DNA of 56,871 bases from an uncultured Gammaproteobacteria bacterium (GTDB lineage Bacteria > Patescibacteriota > Patescibacteriia > Magasanikbacterales > UBA922), in NCBI GenBank assembly GCA_964435035.1, contig CAYSXR010000005.1, forward strand, positions 10,564 through 67,434. The letters run 5' to 3'. Of this stretch, positions 43,396 through 53,517 are shown in pieces; positions within the stretch are counted from its first letter, which is position 1, and every line of letters starts with the position of its first letter. The position numbers and the translations under genes were made by a program. Below the pieces are notes generated by a model, which saw only the letters and a list, made by a program, of their open reading frames with translations, made no database searches and had not been told where the DNA came from.

Positions 43396-45693
43396 TTAGA
43401 AATTTTTCAGAGCCCATGTAGTAAATCGATGCGGCTCATCGAATCGAGATTCAGAACCAAAATCCGGATTACCCATAGTGAGAACAATGAATTTTTTACC
43501 ATCTTCATTTCGCTCGACAAGCATGATGAGGCAACTTCCTGATTCGTAGAGAAATCCAGTCTTACTCGCAAGAATCGTATAAGGCAGATTTCGCTTGAGG
43601 AGAGCATTACTGTGAACTTCTGTATGTCGTACTACTGCATCGGTACTATTGATTTCGTCATAGGAATATCGGGCGGTACCAAGTACTGATGCTATCGTAT
43701 CACTTTTCAGAGCTTCGCGGAATAGGGTCACAACTTCTGCGGGAGTTCCCACATTCGCAGGGTCATATCCATACGGATCAGTAAAAGTAGTATGATCAAG
43801 CCCTAAGCTTTTCACCTTGGTATTCATAAGTTTCGCGAAGTTTGATACAGAATATCCAAGAGCATCGGTGAGCATGACTGAAGCAGTATTATTTGAACCT
43901 ACAAGCATTGAATACAAAATGTCTTTGTTTTTGATCGTGTCACCTTCGGCTACCGAAAAATTGTGATATGCTGATTTATGTTTTGATGCAGTGTAAGTTG
44001 TTGAATCATTTAGGGGTAACTGTTCGTCGATCAACAGGTGTGCTGTCATGAGTTTGGTGAGTGAAGCAAGTGGTCGCACGGTGTCAATATTTTTCCCAGC
44101 TAGAATATCACCATCAGTAGTGGCTACAATATATGAATCAATAGGTGTTTCAAATGTGGTGCCTACAAATGAAACATGGTCCGCGGGAGTCCGGACCATG
44201 TAATCAACTGGTTTCTTGGTTTCAGTTGTAGGTGTGTTAGTGGTAGGTGAGGGAGTATTAACACTGGCTTGATTGGAAGTAGGAGAAATAGAAGTCGAAG
44301 GTTTGGTATAAATTGGTTCTCCAGTTTCATGTGCGAGTCCTACATATTCATTTACCCACACGATATTTTTAGGATTAAACCCAAGTCCGTTGAATACTGT
44401 TTCACTGGCGATATGTCGTTTTTTGCCTTTTTCAACGACGTACACTTCATTAAATCCTTTAATTCCAAATACCGTGCCATCCTTCAGTCCCACTGGATTG
44501 CCGAAGCTTACTCCAAGTGCTCCAACTTGTTCAGTTGAGAGTTTCTCAAGTGAAAGGTGAGGGAAATTGATCTTCACAATTGCGGGGTCAAATATAGGAT
44601 GCATCATTCCTTCGTTCACAAAATAGAGATTTTTTGACTCTTTCACTTCGATTACTCGACCCAGTGGAGCCACGCTCGATCCAGTACCTTCGATTACTTT
44701 ACCTAATATGTATGGTTCAAGGTCACTTGAGTTTACTTCGATGATTTCATCTGGGTTGTATCCGATCTGGCGTACTGTGTCAGCACTGGCAAAAGGGCGT
44801 TTAAAATCGTAGTCGAGAAGATAATAGGTAGACCCGTCAAATGCTATGGAATAATTCGGAAGAGAAATATTTTTTCCATCAGCATATCTACTGAGTTCGC
44901 TGGTAGGAACCGTAAGAATTAATTTGGGATCAAACCTTGTAGCGAGAGCACTCATACTTGTAAACCGTCGCTTTTCACCATCCTGAATCAGATAGACGTC
45001 TGGAGCGTCAGCAGTTTTGATAAGCGATCCGTCAGGATATACCTGGTCGAACCATTCTTGCCACAATTTCCAAAAGTTTAGGTTTCCTTGAAGGTGAGGA
45101 GTATACGTATAGAGGAAAGCGGTTGCATAATTTGCAGGAGTGACGAGTGTGTCATCAATCATATAAGGAGTCATTGCGCGTTTGATCCACCCTTGAGTAC
45201 CTACATTGTCATAATACCAGCGTATAATTCCTGCAGCACTATCCACCTGTGTACCCAATCCTTTATGTTTCTGAATATTAGGATCATCCATTGAACAACT
45301 GTCGCACACGCCATACCCTGTAGCCCAGTCCAATTGTTTTTGCGTCGGATTCTGTGCAGAAATCAGACTTTGCTCTTTCTGGAGTTTCACCAGCACATAT
45401 TTTGGGTTGATTCTATTGTCTATTGCTGCACGGTAAATAATTTCAGATACAGAGCGTTCAATTCCATTTTTATCAGCAGTTACAAGATTTGCAATATAAC
45501 TCCCTTTATCAGTAAGAAATGCCTGAATATCTTCCCGATTCATACTCTGATAATTCTGCATTTCCTCATCGCTTACTAGGTAATTAGGGTCAAAAGTAGT
45601 AGCAGAAAGCGAGCTCGGGAGTGTGAGAGCGAGTGAAACAAAACCGAAAAAAGCCTTTGTATGTAATTGCATAAGAATTTTAATTATGAACAT
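43396..45693 (-). CDS. secreted protein with a C-terminal D-alanyl-D-alanine carboxypeptidase (peptidase S11/PBP5-like) domain
   Basis: SxxK (ASLTK), SxN (GSNN) and KTG (SKTGF) motifs in the last ~260 aa. The ~480-aa N-terminal region is unassigned. A signal peptide is present. Confidence 0.8.
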   Translation of the reverse strand: MFIIKILMQLHTKAFFGFVSLALTLPSSLSATTFDPNYLVSDEEMQNYQSMNREDIQAFLTDKGSYIANLVTADKNGIERSVSEIIYRAAIDNRINPKYVLVKLQKEQSLISAQNPTQKQLDWATGYGVCDSCSMDDPNIQKHKGLGTQVDSAAGIIRWYYDNVGTQGWIKRAMTPYMIDDTLVTPANYATAFLYTYTPHLQGNLNFWKLWQEWFDQVYPDGSLIKTADAPDVYLIQDGEKRRFTSMSALATRFDPKLILTVPTSELSRYADGKNISLPNYSIAFDGSTYYLLDYDFKRPFASADTVRQIGYNPDEIIEVNSSDLEPYILGKVIEGTGSSVAPLGRVIEVKESKNLYFVNEGMMHPIFDPAIVKINFPHLSLEKLSTEQVGALGVSFGNPVGLKDGTVFGIKGFNEVYVVEKGKKRHIASETVFNGLGFNPKNIVWVNEYVGLAHETGEPIYTKPSTSISPTSNQASVNTPSPTTNTPTTETKKPVDYMVRTPADHVSFVGTTFETPIDSYIVATTDGDILAGKNIDTVRPLASLTKLMTAHLLIDEQLPLNDSTTYTASKHKSAYHNFSVAEGDTIKNKDILYSMLVGSNNTASVMLTDALGYSVSNFAKLMNTKVKSLGLDHTTFTDPYGYDPANVGTPAEVVTLFREALKSDTIASVLGTARYSYDEINSTDAVVRHTEVHSNALLKRNLPYTILASKTGFLYESGSCLIMLVERNEDGKKFIVLTMGNPDFGSESRFDEPHRFTTWALKNF

Positions 45694-45839
45694 AGTGTAG
45701 TATAGCAGAAACTAGCCCCCTGTTCTATGGGTTATATAATTTGTTTACATGCAGCCATTTTTCTGCTAACCTTTCTCTGTGTCATTCCGACCAAGTTCGC
45801 ACCGGACGCGTGGAGGAATCCCTTGGTTAACGTAATTCT

Positions 45840-46520
45840 ATGTCAAGCACAGGAACACTCTATATCGTAGCCACTCCAATCGGAAACATGACTGATATTT
45901 CTAGTCGTGCTCTTGAGGTACTCGGTTCCGTAGATGTCATCCTTTGTGAGGATACTCGTGTGACTGCAAATCTACTGACTCGTTATAATATAAAAAAAGA
46001 GACCAAAAGCTACCATCATCATTCAACTGATGCGGTAATTAATGAGATTATTGAGCTTTTGAGAAGTGGAAAGACGCTTGCGTGTGTTTCAGATGCCGGA
46101 ACCCCAGGAATTAGCGATCCAGGAAATATTCTCGTAGCAGCCGTTCGTGAACGGCTGTCCGTGTGCCAGATTATTCCAATCCCAGGAGCGAGCGCCGTCA
46201 TTTCAGCTCTTTCAATCTCAGGATTTCCTACCGACAAATTCTTATTTCTCGGTTTTCCACCACACAAGAAAGGTAGAAAATCTTTTTTTGAGGAAGTTGC
46301 TACCGCCGAATATACAGTAGCGTTTTATGAATCGAATCATCGGATCAAGAAATGTATTGATGAACTTGTTGAGGTCCTCGAAAGCACAAGGCAGGTTGTA
46401 TTATGTCGTGAACTTACGAAAAAATTTGAAACAACCTACAGTGGAACGATTGATCAGATCAAAGACATGAATATTTCAGAAAAAGGAGAGTTTGTAGTAG
46501 TAGTCAGAGGTAAAAGATAA
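45840..46520 (+). CDS. rsmI: 16S rRNA (cytidine1402-2-prime-O)-methyltransferase
   Basis: GTLYIVATPIGNMTDISSRALEVL...ILCEDTR...SDAGTPGISDPG. Confidence 0.92.
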   Translation: MSSTGTLYIVATPIGNMTDISSRALEVLGSVDVILCEDTRVTANLLTRYNIKKETKSYHHHSTDAVINEIIELLRSGKTLACVSDAGTPGISDPGNILVAAVRERLSVCQIIPIPGASAVISALSISGFPTDKFLFLGFPPHKKGRKSFFEEVATAEYTVAFYESNHRIKKCIDELVEVLESTRQVVLCRELTKKFETTYSGTIDQIKDMNISEKGEFVVVVRGKR

Positions 46521-46528
46521 AATTATAT

Positions 46529-48058
46529 ATGAAAAACAAACCATTCTACATTTCAACAGCAATTCCATACGTAAATGCCAAGCCTCACATTGGATATGCT
46601 TTGGAATGTGTGCAAACTGATGCTCGAGCTCGATTTGAGAGACTCAACGGTCGAGAGGTGTTCTTTTTGACTGGAACTGACGAAAATTCGCTTAAAAATG
46701 TTCAAGCTGCAGAAAAAGCTGGCGAGAAAGTAGAAAAATTTGTTGATGAACATGCAGAAAAATTTAAGGAATTAAAAACTGTTCTCAATATTTCTTACGA
46801 CGATTTTATTCGAACGACTGAAAAACGTCATTTTGAAGGTGCTCAAAAACTTTGGGAAAAATTCAACCCCGAAGATGTATACAAAAAAGAATATAAAGGA
46901 TTGTATTGTGTTGGGTGTGAAGCGTTTTACACCGAAGAAGAATTGGTTGATGGAAAATTATGCCCTGAACACAAAAAGCCAGTTGAGGTTGTAGAAGAAG
47001 AAAATTACTTTTTCAAGCTGGGTAATTATTCGAAGCAACTTCGAGAGCTAGTTGAAAAAAACGTGATCAAAATCTATCCAGAAGCTCGTAAAAACGAATG
47101 GCTTGCATTTATCGACCGAGGACTCGAGGATTTTAGTATCTCACGTTCACACGAGCGTGCTCATGGCTGGGGAGTTCCAGTTCCTGGTGACGAATCGCAG
47201 ATTATGTATGTATGGGTCGATGCATTATCAAATTATATTACCGCACTCGGATATGGTGGTGATGAAAAGAATTATGATGCATATTGGGTACAAGAAAATG
47301 ATAGGCAAGTTGCTCATGTAATCGGGAAAGGAATTGGTAAATTCCATGTACTCTACTGGCCAGCATTTTTACTCTCAGCAGGAGTTCCATTGCCTACGGA
47401 AATTTTTATCCATGGCTATGTCACGGTTGAAGGAGAAAAAATTAGTAAGTCTCTTGGGAATGTAATTGATCCAAGTGAGGTGGTGGAAAGATATGGTACT
47501 GACGCTACACGATATTATCTGCTCGGTGCAATTCCTGCCGCACAAGATGGTGATTTTTCATACGCACGATTCGAAGAATTTTACACAGCACACCTTGCAA
47601 ACGGAATCGGAAATCTCACACACCGAATTCTCACGATGCTTGAGAAATATACTGATAACAAAATTCCAGAAAAAAATACTGAGGATGTGTTTGGTGTAGA
47701 AACGTTTTGGAAAGAGTATGTAGCTTCATTTGAAAATTATTCGTTTGACGAAGTAATTCAACACATCAATAAACTGACCACAAAAATTGATACTGCAATT
47801 TCTTCCTACAAGCCATGGGAAAAAGCAAAAGCGGGAGAAGATATTGCAGGGCATTTATATCAGATTTCAGAAGGACTATTTCATCTCGGAGTTTCATTGC
47901 TACCATTAATTCCATCTGCGGCAGAAAAAATTCTTGTTTCGCTGGGGGTTGATTCAAAAAAATTAGTACTATCTGAGATTACGAAGTGGGGCAATCTAGA
48001 AGTTGGACAGAAAATAAAGAAAGGTGAGCCCGTGTTTCCACGGTTAGAGAAAGAGTAA
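46529..48058 (+). CDS. metG: methionine--tRNA ligase
   Basis: HIGH-type motif (NAKPHIGY), KMSKS-type motif (KISKSLG), and the zinc knuckle CVGCEAF...CPEH. Confidence 0.93.
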   Translation: MKNKPFYISTAIPYVNAKPHIGYALECVQTDARARFERLNGREVFFLTGTDENSLKNVQAAEKAGEKVEKFVDEHAEKFKELKTVLNISYDDFIRTTEKRHFEGAQKLWEKFNPEDVYKKEYKGLYCVGCEAFYTEEELVDGKLCPEHKKPVEVVEEENYFFKLGNYSKQLRELVEKNVIKIYPEARKNEWLAFIDRGLEDFSISRSHERAHGWGVPVPGDESQIMYVWVDALSNYITALGYGGDEKNYDAYWVQENDRQVAHVIGKGIGKFHVLYWPAFLLSAGVPLPTEIFIHGYVTVEGEKISKSLGNVIDPSEVVERYGTDATRYYLLGAIPAAQDGDFSYARFEEFYTAHLANGIGNLTHRILTMLEKYTDNKIPEKNTEDVFGVETFWKEYVASFENYSFDEVIQHINKLTTKIDTAISSYKPWEKAKAGEDIAGHLYQISEGLFHLGVSLLPLIPSAAEKILVSLGVDSKKLVLSEITKWGNLEVGQKIKKGEPVFPRLEKE

Positions 48059-48059
48059 T

Positions 48060-48176
48060 ATGGAACTTAAATCCCTTCAAAGGAATATCTACCCTGAAAT
48101 TTTATTGACCGTTTTTTTTGGCGAGTATTGTGTTTATTGTCTTCTTTGTCTGGGTTCCATACTTTGCGGCGTCTGA
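48060..48176 (+). CDS. possible 38-aa Cys-rich hydrophobic peptide
   Basis: The ATG is 1 nt after the metG stop. MELKSLQRNIYPEILLTVFFGEYCVYCLLCLGSILCGV. No RBS seen; weak evidence. Confidence 0.25.
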   Translation: MELKSLQRNIYPEILLTVFFGEYCVYCLLCLGSILCGV

Positions 48177-48235
48177 AGGGTTGAATTGTAGATTTTTTGA
48201 TCAAGCTTCATTATTAGTTTGTGATTAAAGAAAGT

Positions 48236-48550
48236 ATGATTTTTCCTCCAAAAAAATTTCAAGTTCGATTCACAATATTCGGCGCGGGTATTGGTGTTAC
48301 TGGAGGATTATTAGCGATCCTATTGCTAAATAGTTGCTTTGCAGATGAAAGTACGGCTTTGTGCTATATAGCTACCTTCATGACCTCGGTATTTATGTAT
48401 TTACCTACTATAACGATTGGAAAAATCTGCGCCGCCCTATATCCAACTTTTGCATGTTTACTTTTGAGCCCTGTATTATTTTTTACAATTATTTTTTACA
48501 TATTCGGAAATATATTCTGGATGCTTAAAAATAGAAAAAATAAAATATGA
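48236..48550 (+). CDS. small 2-TM membrane protein, FPPKK...WMLKNRKNK family, copy 1
   Basis: MIFPPKKFQV... ...GNIFWMLKNRKNKI. The stop overlaps the next start (ATGA). Confidence 0.65.
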   Translation: MIFPPKKFQVRFTIFGAGIGVTGGLLAILLLNSCFADESTALCYIATFMTSVFMYLPTITIGKICAALYPTFACLLLSPVLFFTIIFYIFGNIFWMLKNRKNKI

Positions 48551-48924
48551 AACTAACTTTTCCTCCAAAAGAAGTTCAAATTGTAAAACCGCACTTTCCT
48601 CCTAAAAAAATTCAAATAGTCAGTATACTGATGAGTATTGTGGTATGGATAGTTGCTTTTTCGCTGGGGCAGGGAGCTTTTGATGATCAATGGTGTGGAG
48701 AGTATAGGAATGCATGCCGTTCATTCTTTAAAGATGTGCAAAGTTTTTCCTATTTTCCTTATTTGAAATCTGCTGACTTATTACAAAATGCTCCATCTAT
48801 AATATCATCAAAACCATTTCTACTTTTATATGCTGTTACACCTCCAATAATATTTTATGGTCCGATAACATGGCTTGTAGGTTGTATGATTTGGATGCTT
48901 AAAAATAGAAAAAATAAAGTATGA
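48547..48924 (+). CDS. small membrane protein, FPPKK...WMLKNRKNK family, copy 2
   Basis: MKLTFPPKEVQIVKPHFPPKKIQIV... ...GCMIWMLKNRKNKV. ATGA overlaps at both ends. Confidence 0.65.
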   Translation: MKLTFPPKEVQIVKPHFPPKKIQIVSILMSIVVWIVAFSLGQGAFDDQWCGEYRNACRSFFKDVQSFSYFPYLKSADLLQNAPSIISSKPFLLLYAVTPPIIFYGPITWLVGCMIWMLKNRKNKV

Positions 48925-49415
48925 AACTAACTTTTCCTCCTAAAAAACCGCAAGTTATAATAGGGATCAATAGTTTTATTATAGCATTTGCGGCGCACAT
49001 GTGCCGGTTTATATTTGAATTCGGCAGCATTCGCAATGGATTTGATGATGTCTTAATTAGGATTATCCATGCAATACAGTTTCCAACGCTCTATCTTCTG
49101 GATGGAATGCAGTACTCACTTGGCCAGTTTGAGATAGTTGAGAGTTTTCTATATTGGATAATACCTTCTACTATTTGGCTTTGGCTTTGGTGTAATGTTT
49201 TTTGGGCGCCCTATCATTACATTAAGAATAAGATAGTTTTTCCTTCTGCGGAAATGCAAATTTTATTTCTCACCATAGGAGCTGCCGGTGGATATTTATT
49301 TTCATCTTATTTTCAAATTACTTTTTTTACTTGGTTTTTCGGAAACATTATTTGGATGATTCGAAATTATATTAAGAATAGAACACGGATTGGACGCCTG
49401 CCTGCCGATAGGTAG
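48921..49415 (+). CDS. membrane protein, same family, copy 3 (two fused modules)
   Basis: MKLTFPPKKPQVI... ...WAPYHYIKNKI | VFPSAEMQILF... ...GNIIWMIRNYIKNRT. The 3-prime end runs into a TAGAACACGGAT repeat copy. Confidence 0.6.
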   Translation: MKLTFPPKKPQVIIGINSFIIAFAAHMCRFIFEFGSIRNGFDDVLIRIIHAIQFPTLYLLDGMQYSLGQFEIVESFLYWIIPSTIWLWLWCNVFWAPYHYIKNKIVFPSAEMQILFLTIGAAGGYLFSSYFQITFFTWFFGNIIWMIRNYIKNRTRIGRLPADR

Positions 49416-49435
49416 GGATCTAACGGATTTGAGTT
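49379..49435. repeat. copy of the TAGAACACGGAT / GATCTAACGGATT repeat family
   Basis: TAGAACACGGAT at 49379-49390. GATCTAACGGATT at 49417-49429 is identical to 31621-31633. Confidence 0.7.
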
Positions 49436-49533
49436 CCTTTCGACTCTTCCTAAACCCCCATTTGTACTCAAATCGCAAATACGCTATACTAAAATCTATA
49501 ATTTTTTAAACTGTGCATATGGTAAACAATTTG

Positions 49534-50112
49534 ATGAAGAAAGCATTACTTCTCGGAGGTGGATTAGTGGTACTTATTCTTATTGTAATGTGGTCACAAG
49601 GAGAGCCTGCAGGAGTAGTACTTGATGATTCTTCTGATGCTGTAGACACTAGTGAAGAAGCGGATTTTTCTGCAAATTTTACCTTTGAATTAGGTAATTT
49701 TGGCGCATATTTCCCGATGCCACCATCATATGTACCAGGCAACATGCCTCTCAAAGAAGGCGGTTCTATCGAAACACATCTATACCAATACGAGGCACCA
49801 GATGCGAGTCTCTGGCAAGCAGGTTTTGCAGAATATCCAGAAACATCAGATTTGTCTGATGTAGAAGGTAGTCTTGCAAATAGTGTTGAAACGACACGTG
49901 CTGCTTTTGAGGGAGAGGTTGTTTCTCTTGAAAATACAACCTACCAAGGATTCCCTGCAGTAGATTATCTGATTAGTGTTCAGGGTGGAGTTGGATACTT
50001 CAAAGGACGAAACATACTCAATGGACACCGATTTTACACCGTTGGATATGCGTACGATGCAGGAGCAGAAGTAGCTTCTGATCACTTCTTCAATTCATTG
50101 GTTATAAATTAA
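49534..50112 (+). CDS. signal-anchored secreted protein, paralog family member C
   Basis: Shares the THLYQ, WQ..F.EYPE.SD, YQGFPAVDY, FKGRNILNGHRFY and HFFNSL motifs with 38410..38967 and 39007..39582. Confidence 0.7.
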   Translation: MKKALLLGGGLVVLILIVMWSQGEPAGVVLDDSSDAVDTSEEADFSANFTFELGNFGAYFPMPPSYVPGNMPLKEGGSIETHLYQYEAPDASLWQAGFAEYPETSDLSDVEGSLANSVETTRAAFEGEVVSLENTTYQGFPAVDYLISVQGGVGYFKGRNILNGHRFYTVGYAYDAGAEVASDHFFNSLVIN

Positions 50113-50151
50113 GGAAACCTCGAACTCATGTCGAGTTCATGATACATTTAT

Positions 50152-50685
50152 ATGAACATGCTCGACATTATCATCATTGTTACGACCGCCCTGTTTGCAT
50201 TGGGCGGTTTGTGGCTTGGACTATTCCACACACTTGGTTCACTGTTTGGTACCGTAGTTGGAGCATATATTGCAAGTAGGTATTATGAAGGCGGGGCACA
50301 GTGGCTGATTACTACTACTGGCTGGGGAGAAAATGTGTCGAGAGTAGTCATGTTTATTGCAATATTTTTTGTTATTACTCGAGCAATTGGCGCAGCATTC
50401 TGGTTGATTGGAAAAGTAGGTGGAGTTATTATTCCTATTCCATTTAAAAAAGCATTAAACCGTTTCCTAGGTATGATTGTTGGTGCGGTAGAAGGAGTGC
50501 TTACGATCGGACTGGTACTTTATTTTATAGACAAGTTTCCGCTGGGTGACCGTGTGATGGATTCAATACTTTCATCAACATTCGCCCCCTCAGTAATCGC
50601 GTTTGCCTCGATACTCATCCCATTATTTCCTGAAGCTCTCAAGGCGCTTGAAACAACAGTAGATAAAATAGAAAGTGCTCTATGA
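50152..50685 (+). CDS. cvpA: CvpA family membrane protein
   Basis: MNMLDIIIIVTTALFALGGLWLGLFHTLGSLFG..., four TM helices, typical CvpA N-terminus. Confidence 0.8.
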   Translation: MNMLDIIIIVTTALFALGGLWLGLFHTLGSLFGTVVGAYIASRYYEGGAQWLITTTGWGENVSRVVMFIAIFFVITRAIGAAFWLIGKVGGVIIPIPFKKALNRFLGMIVGAVEGVLTIGLVLYFIDKFPLGDRVMDSILSSTFAPSVIAFASILIPLFPEALKALETTVDKIESAL

Positions 50686-51557
50686 TGATTGATACCCATT
50701 GTCACATCCATTTTAAAGCATTTGAAAATAATAGACATGAAGTTATCGCTCGCTGCAAAGAAAAGGGTGTGATTTTGAATTTAGTGGGAACCCAGGCGAG
50801 TACGAGTAAAAAAGGAGTTGAGCTTGCAGAGCAATATGATTGGATGTATGCGACAATAGGGCTTCATCCGATTCAAATTCATGAGGTCGAAGTATTTGAA
50901 GAGACGACCAATTTTACTTCACGGGGAGAGGAGTTTGATCCAGAATTTTATGATAAGTTAGCAAAACATCCAAAAGTTATTGCGATAGGTGAGACTGGAC
51001 TGGATCGGTTCCATATTCCAAAAGACGTCTCAGAAGAAGTGTATTTGGATAGGCAGAAAAAAGTATTCAGAGCACATTATGATATTGCCGAGAAAAATAA
51101 TTTGCCATTGGTGATGCATATCCGTGATGCACATGAGCAGATGCTGGAATTATTAGCTCAAATCAAACAAGAAAAAGGACGGCTGATTCCAGGTGTTGTT
51201 CATTGTTTTACTGGAAATTGGGAGCAAGCAGAAAAATATTTAGGCATGGGATTCAATCTTGGGTTTACCGGAGTGGTGACTTTTCCTCCAAAGAAAACTA
51301 ATCCCACTCCACAGCTTGAGCTCGAAAAAGTGATCGAGAATATTCCACTTGATCGAATTTTGGTCGAAACCGATGCTCCGTTCCTCGCGCCACAGGCGTA
51401 TCGAGGTGAACAATCTGAGCCCTGGATGGTCGAAGAAGTAATCAAAAAGTTTGCGACAGTGAGAAATTTGAGTATTGATGATATGAAGAACCTGATTAAT
51501 ATCAATACACTAGGACTATTCAACAAAATTGAAATGAATAAAAAATTCCCTGAATAG
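50682..51557 (+). CDS. tatD: TatD family metal-dependent hydrolase
   Basis: MIDTHCHIHF, IGETGLD, LPLVMHIRDA, VVHCFTG, VETDAPFL. Confidence 0.92.
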   Translation: MMIDTHCHIHFKAFENNRHEVIARCKEKGVILNLVGTQASTSKKGVELAEQYDWMYATIGLHPIQIHEVEVFEETTNFTSRGEEFDPEFYDKLAKHPKVIAIGETGLDRFHIPKDVSEEVYLDRQKKVFRAHYDIAEKNNLPLVMHIRDAHEQMLELLAQIKQEKGRLIPGVVHCFTGNWEQAEKYLGMGFNLGFTGVVTFPPKKTNPTPQLELEKVIENIPLDRILVETDAPFLAPQAYRGEQSEPWMVEEVIKKFATVRNLSIDDMKNLININTLGLFNKIEMNKKFPE

Positions 51558-51593
51558 GGAACTTCTTATTCACAAGGTAAGTACAGTGAATAC

Positions 51594-51622
51594 TTGAAAT
51601 GATACATGATCAAGTGTATAAT
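51594..51622 (+). promoter_or_regulatory. sigma70-type promoter of the antiporter gene
   Basis: TTGAAA 51594-51599, 17-nt spacer, TATAAT 51617-51622. Confidence 0.6.
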
Positions 51623-51657
51623 GCTTTGGTCTTTTTTTAATATAAAATACAAAAATT

Positions 51658-53421
51658 ATGAAAAAAATATTCTCTACATATCTAATCCTTCTAGGAGCAC
51701 TTGCTGGAACAATTTTTATTTCACGGTTTTCTAGTGGCCTTTTTTCTCTCTTCCATAGGAGTTCAGATGAACATCTGCTTGTTGCATTTTTTAGCATTTC
51801 AGTCCTCTGTATATTGAGCTTTATTATCTATCACCTATCAATAAAAACAGTGTTTCCTTCGTTTGTTGTTGCAATATTTTTTGGTATTGCCGCACAGCCC
51901 TTGCTTGGGGAGATTATTTCAGAGAAAGGTTTACTTAGTGTAATTGTGGGTGCAGGAGCTACGCTCATTTTGTACAGCGGTGGACTCGAAACACCATTTG
52001 AAAATTTCAAAAAACTAATATGGAAAATTTTATCACTATCTTTTTTTGGGCTTTTCATTACCGCTGTAGCCTTTTCTTTCGGTGTGCACATAATAGGGAA
52101 CATAGTTGGGGTAAATGTTCCTATATCTGTTGCAGTATTGCTTGGAGCAATTTTAGCATCTACTGATCCTGCAGCAATTATTCCAGTACTCAAGCGTCTT
52201 CGTTTCGAAAAGCGTGCAACCAAAGATTTGATAATCTCTGAGAGTGCAGTTACTGATGTGACAGGCACACTCCTTACGTTGGCATTTTTGGGGATACTTG
52301 GACACGGCGCACTTACTTCGATTGGTGGAAGTTATGTAGGATTATTTACTGCAGAAGTGGGACATATTTTGTTTGAAGAAATTTTATTCGGAGTAATTTT
52401 TGGTGGAATTGGATATGTATTACTTGACTTTCTTTCAAAATTTACGAAAAACGGTGGAGAAGAATCAGAAGCACATGCTGCATATTTTCTCTTTGTTCCA
52501 ATTGCAATTTTCACGCTTGCTGTCGCATTTGGTGGTAGTGGGTATCTTGCTGCATTTGTTGCGGGTTTATTATTTGTTATTAGTAAACATCTGCATCATA
52601 CTGAAAGATTTTTTAACCATACAATTGAAGGATTTTTCAAACCAACCATATTTATTTTACTTGGTGCATTAGTAGATGTAGGGAGCCTTATACAGTATGC
52701 GGGAATTGGTATTATTGCATCAGTGCTTTTTATGTTTGTTATTCGTCCACTGTCAGTACTTATAACATTAGGTCCTTTTTCATTCTTAGGAAAAGAGAGA
52801 TTTAATATTCGAGAATTGTTATTCATTTCATTTGTACGCGAAACAGGGGCAATTCCAGCAGTTCTTTTGGTGACTGTCGTGAGTACGGGAATTCAAGGGC
52901 TTGATGGACTGGTACCGATTGGTATGTGGGTAATCCTTGCAACACTTATTGTAGAGCCACCGCTCACCCCGCTGGTAGCAAAATATCTAAAAGTTGCAAA
53001 TCCTATTTCGGATCAGAAAGTACTGAGCCTAAGCAAAATCTCGCCATTTGTAGTGCTTGGCTCGCGTGGTTATTCATTTATGGAGCGTTTACCAAAGGTG
53101 GTAGAATGGGCTAGTAAACATCATATTCACAGTGTGGTACTACTTCACTGTCTGGAAGATAGATATTCACCAGAACTAGCCAAAGATATTGGGGAGCAAG
53201 CTAATGTTGCCTTCAAACAGATTAATGAAAAACGTTCGGTCGCAGGGGAACCCGATATAGACTTTGAATATATCAGTCGAAAAGGTTTTTTGCAGGATAA
53301 TATTGAGGATATTTCACGTCAAAGAAGTAATGTGACTACGATTTTTGTAGGTAGAAAAGTACTTGATTTTCGTCTCGAAGAGATAAAAAAACTATCAGTT
53401 CCAGTATTTTTTATCGAATAA
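51658..53421 (+). CDS. cation:proton antiporter (CPA1/NhaP-like) with a C-terminal cytoplasmic domain
   Basis: About 12 TM helices; LGAILASTDPAAIIPVLK is a Na_H_exchanger motif. A soluble tail of about 150 aa follows. Confidence 0.82.
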   Translation: MKKIFSTYLILLGALAGTIFISRFSSGLFSLFHRSSDEHLLVAFFSISVLCILSFIIYHLSIKTVFPSFVVAIFFGIAAQPLLGEIISEKGLLSVIVGAGATLILYSGGLETPFENFKKLIWKILSLSFFGLFITAVAFSFGVHIIGNIVGVNVPISVAVLLGAILASTDPAAIIPVLKRLRFEKRATKDLIISESAVTDVTGTLLTLAFLGILGHGALTSIGGSYVGLFTAEVGHILFEEILFGVIFGGIGYVLLDFLSKFTKNGGEESEAHAAYFLFVPIAIFTLAVAFGGSGYLAAFVAGLLFVISKHLHHTERFFNHTIEGFFKPTIFILLGALVDVGSLIQYAGIGIIASVLFMFVIRPLSVLITLGPFSFLGKERFNIRELLFISFVRETGAIPAVLLVTVVSTGIQGLDGLVPIGMWVILATLIVEPPLTPLVAKYLKVANPISDQKVLSLSKISPFVVLGSRGYSFMERLPKVVEWASKHHIHSVVLLHCLEDRYSPELAKDIGEQANVAFKQINEKRSVAGEPDIDFEYISRKGFLQDNIEDISRQRSNVTTIFVGRKVLDFRLEEIKKLSVPVFFIE

Positions 53422-53474
53422 AGAGTGTATTACATCTATTTTATTAGTACTATGGGGATAAAAGCAAAAATATA

Positions 53475-53503
53475 TTGACAAATTGCTTGATTTCCTTTAC
53501 ACT
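53475..53503 (+). promoter_or_regulatory. sigma70-type promoter of the atp operon
   Basis: TTGACA 53475-53480, 17-nt spacer, TACACT 53498-53503. Confidence 0.6.
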
Positions 53504-53517
53504 TGAGGTCGCTTTCT

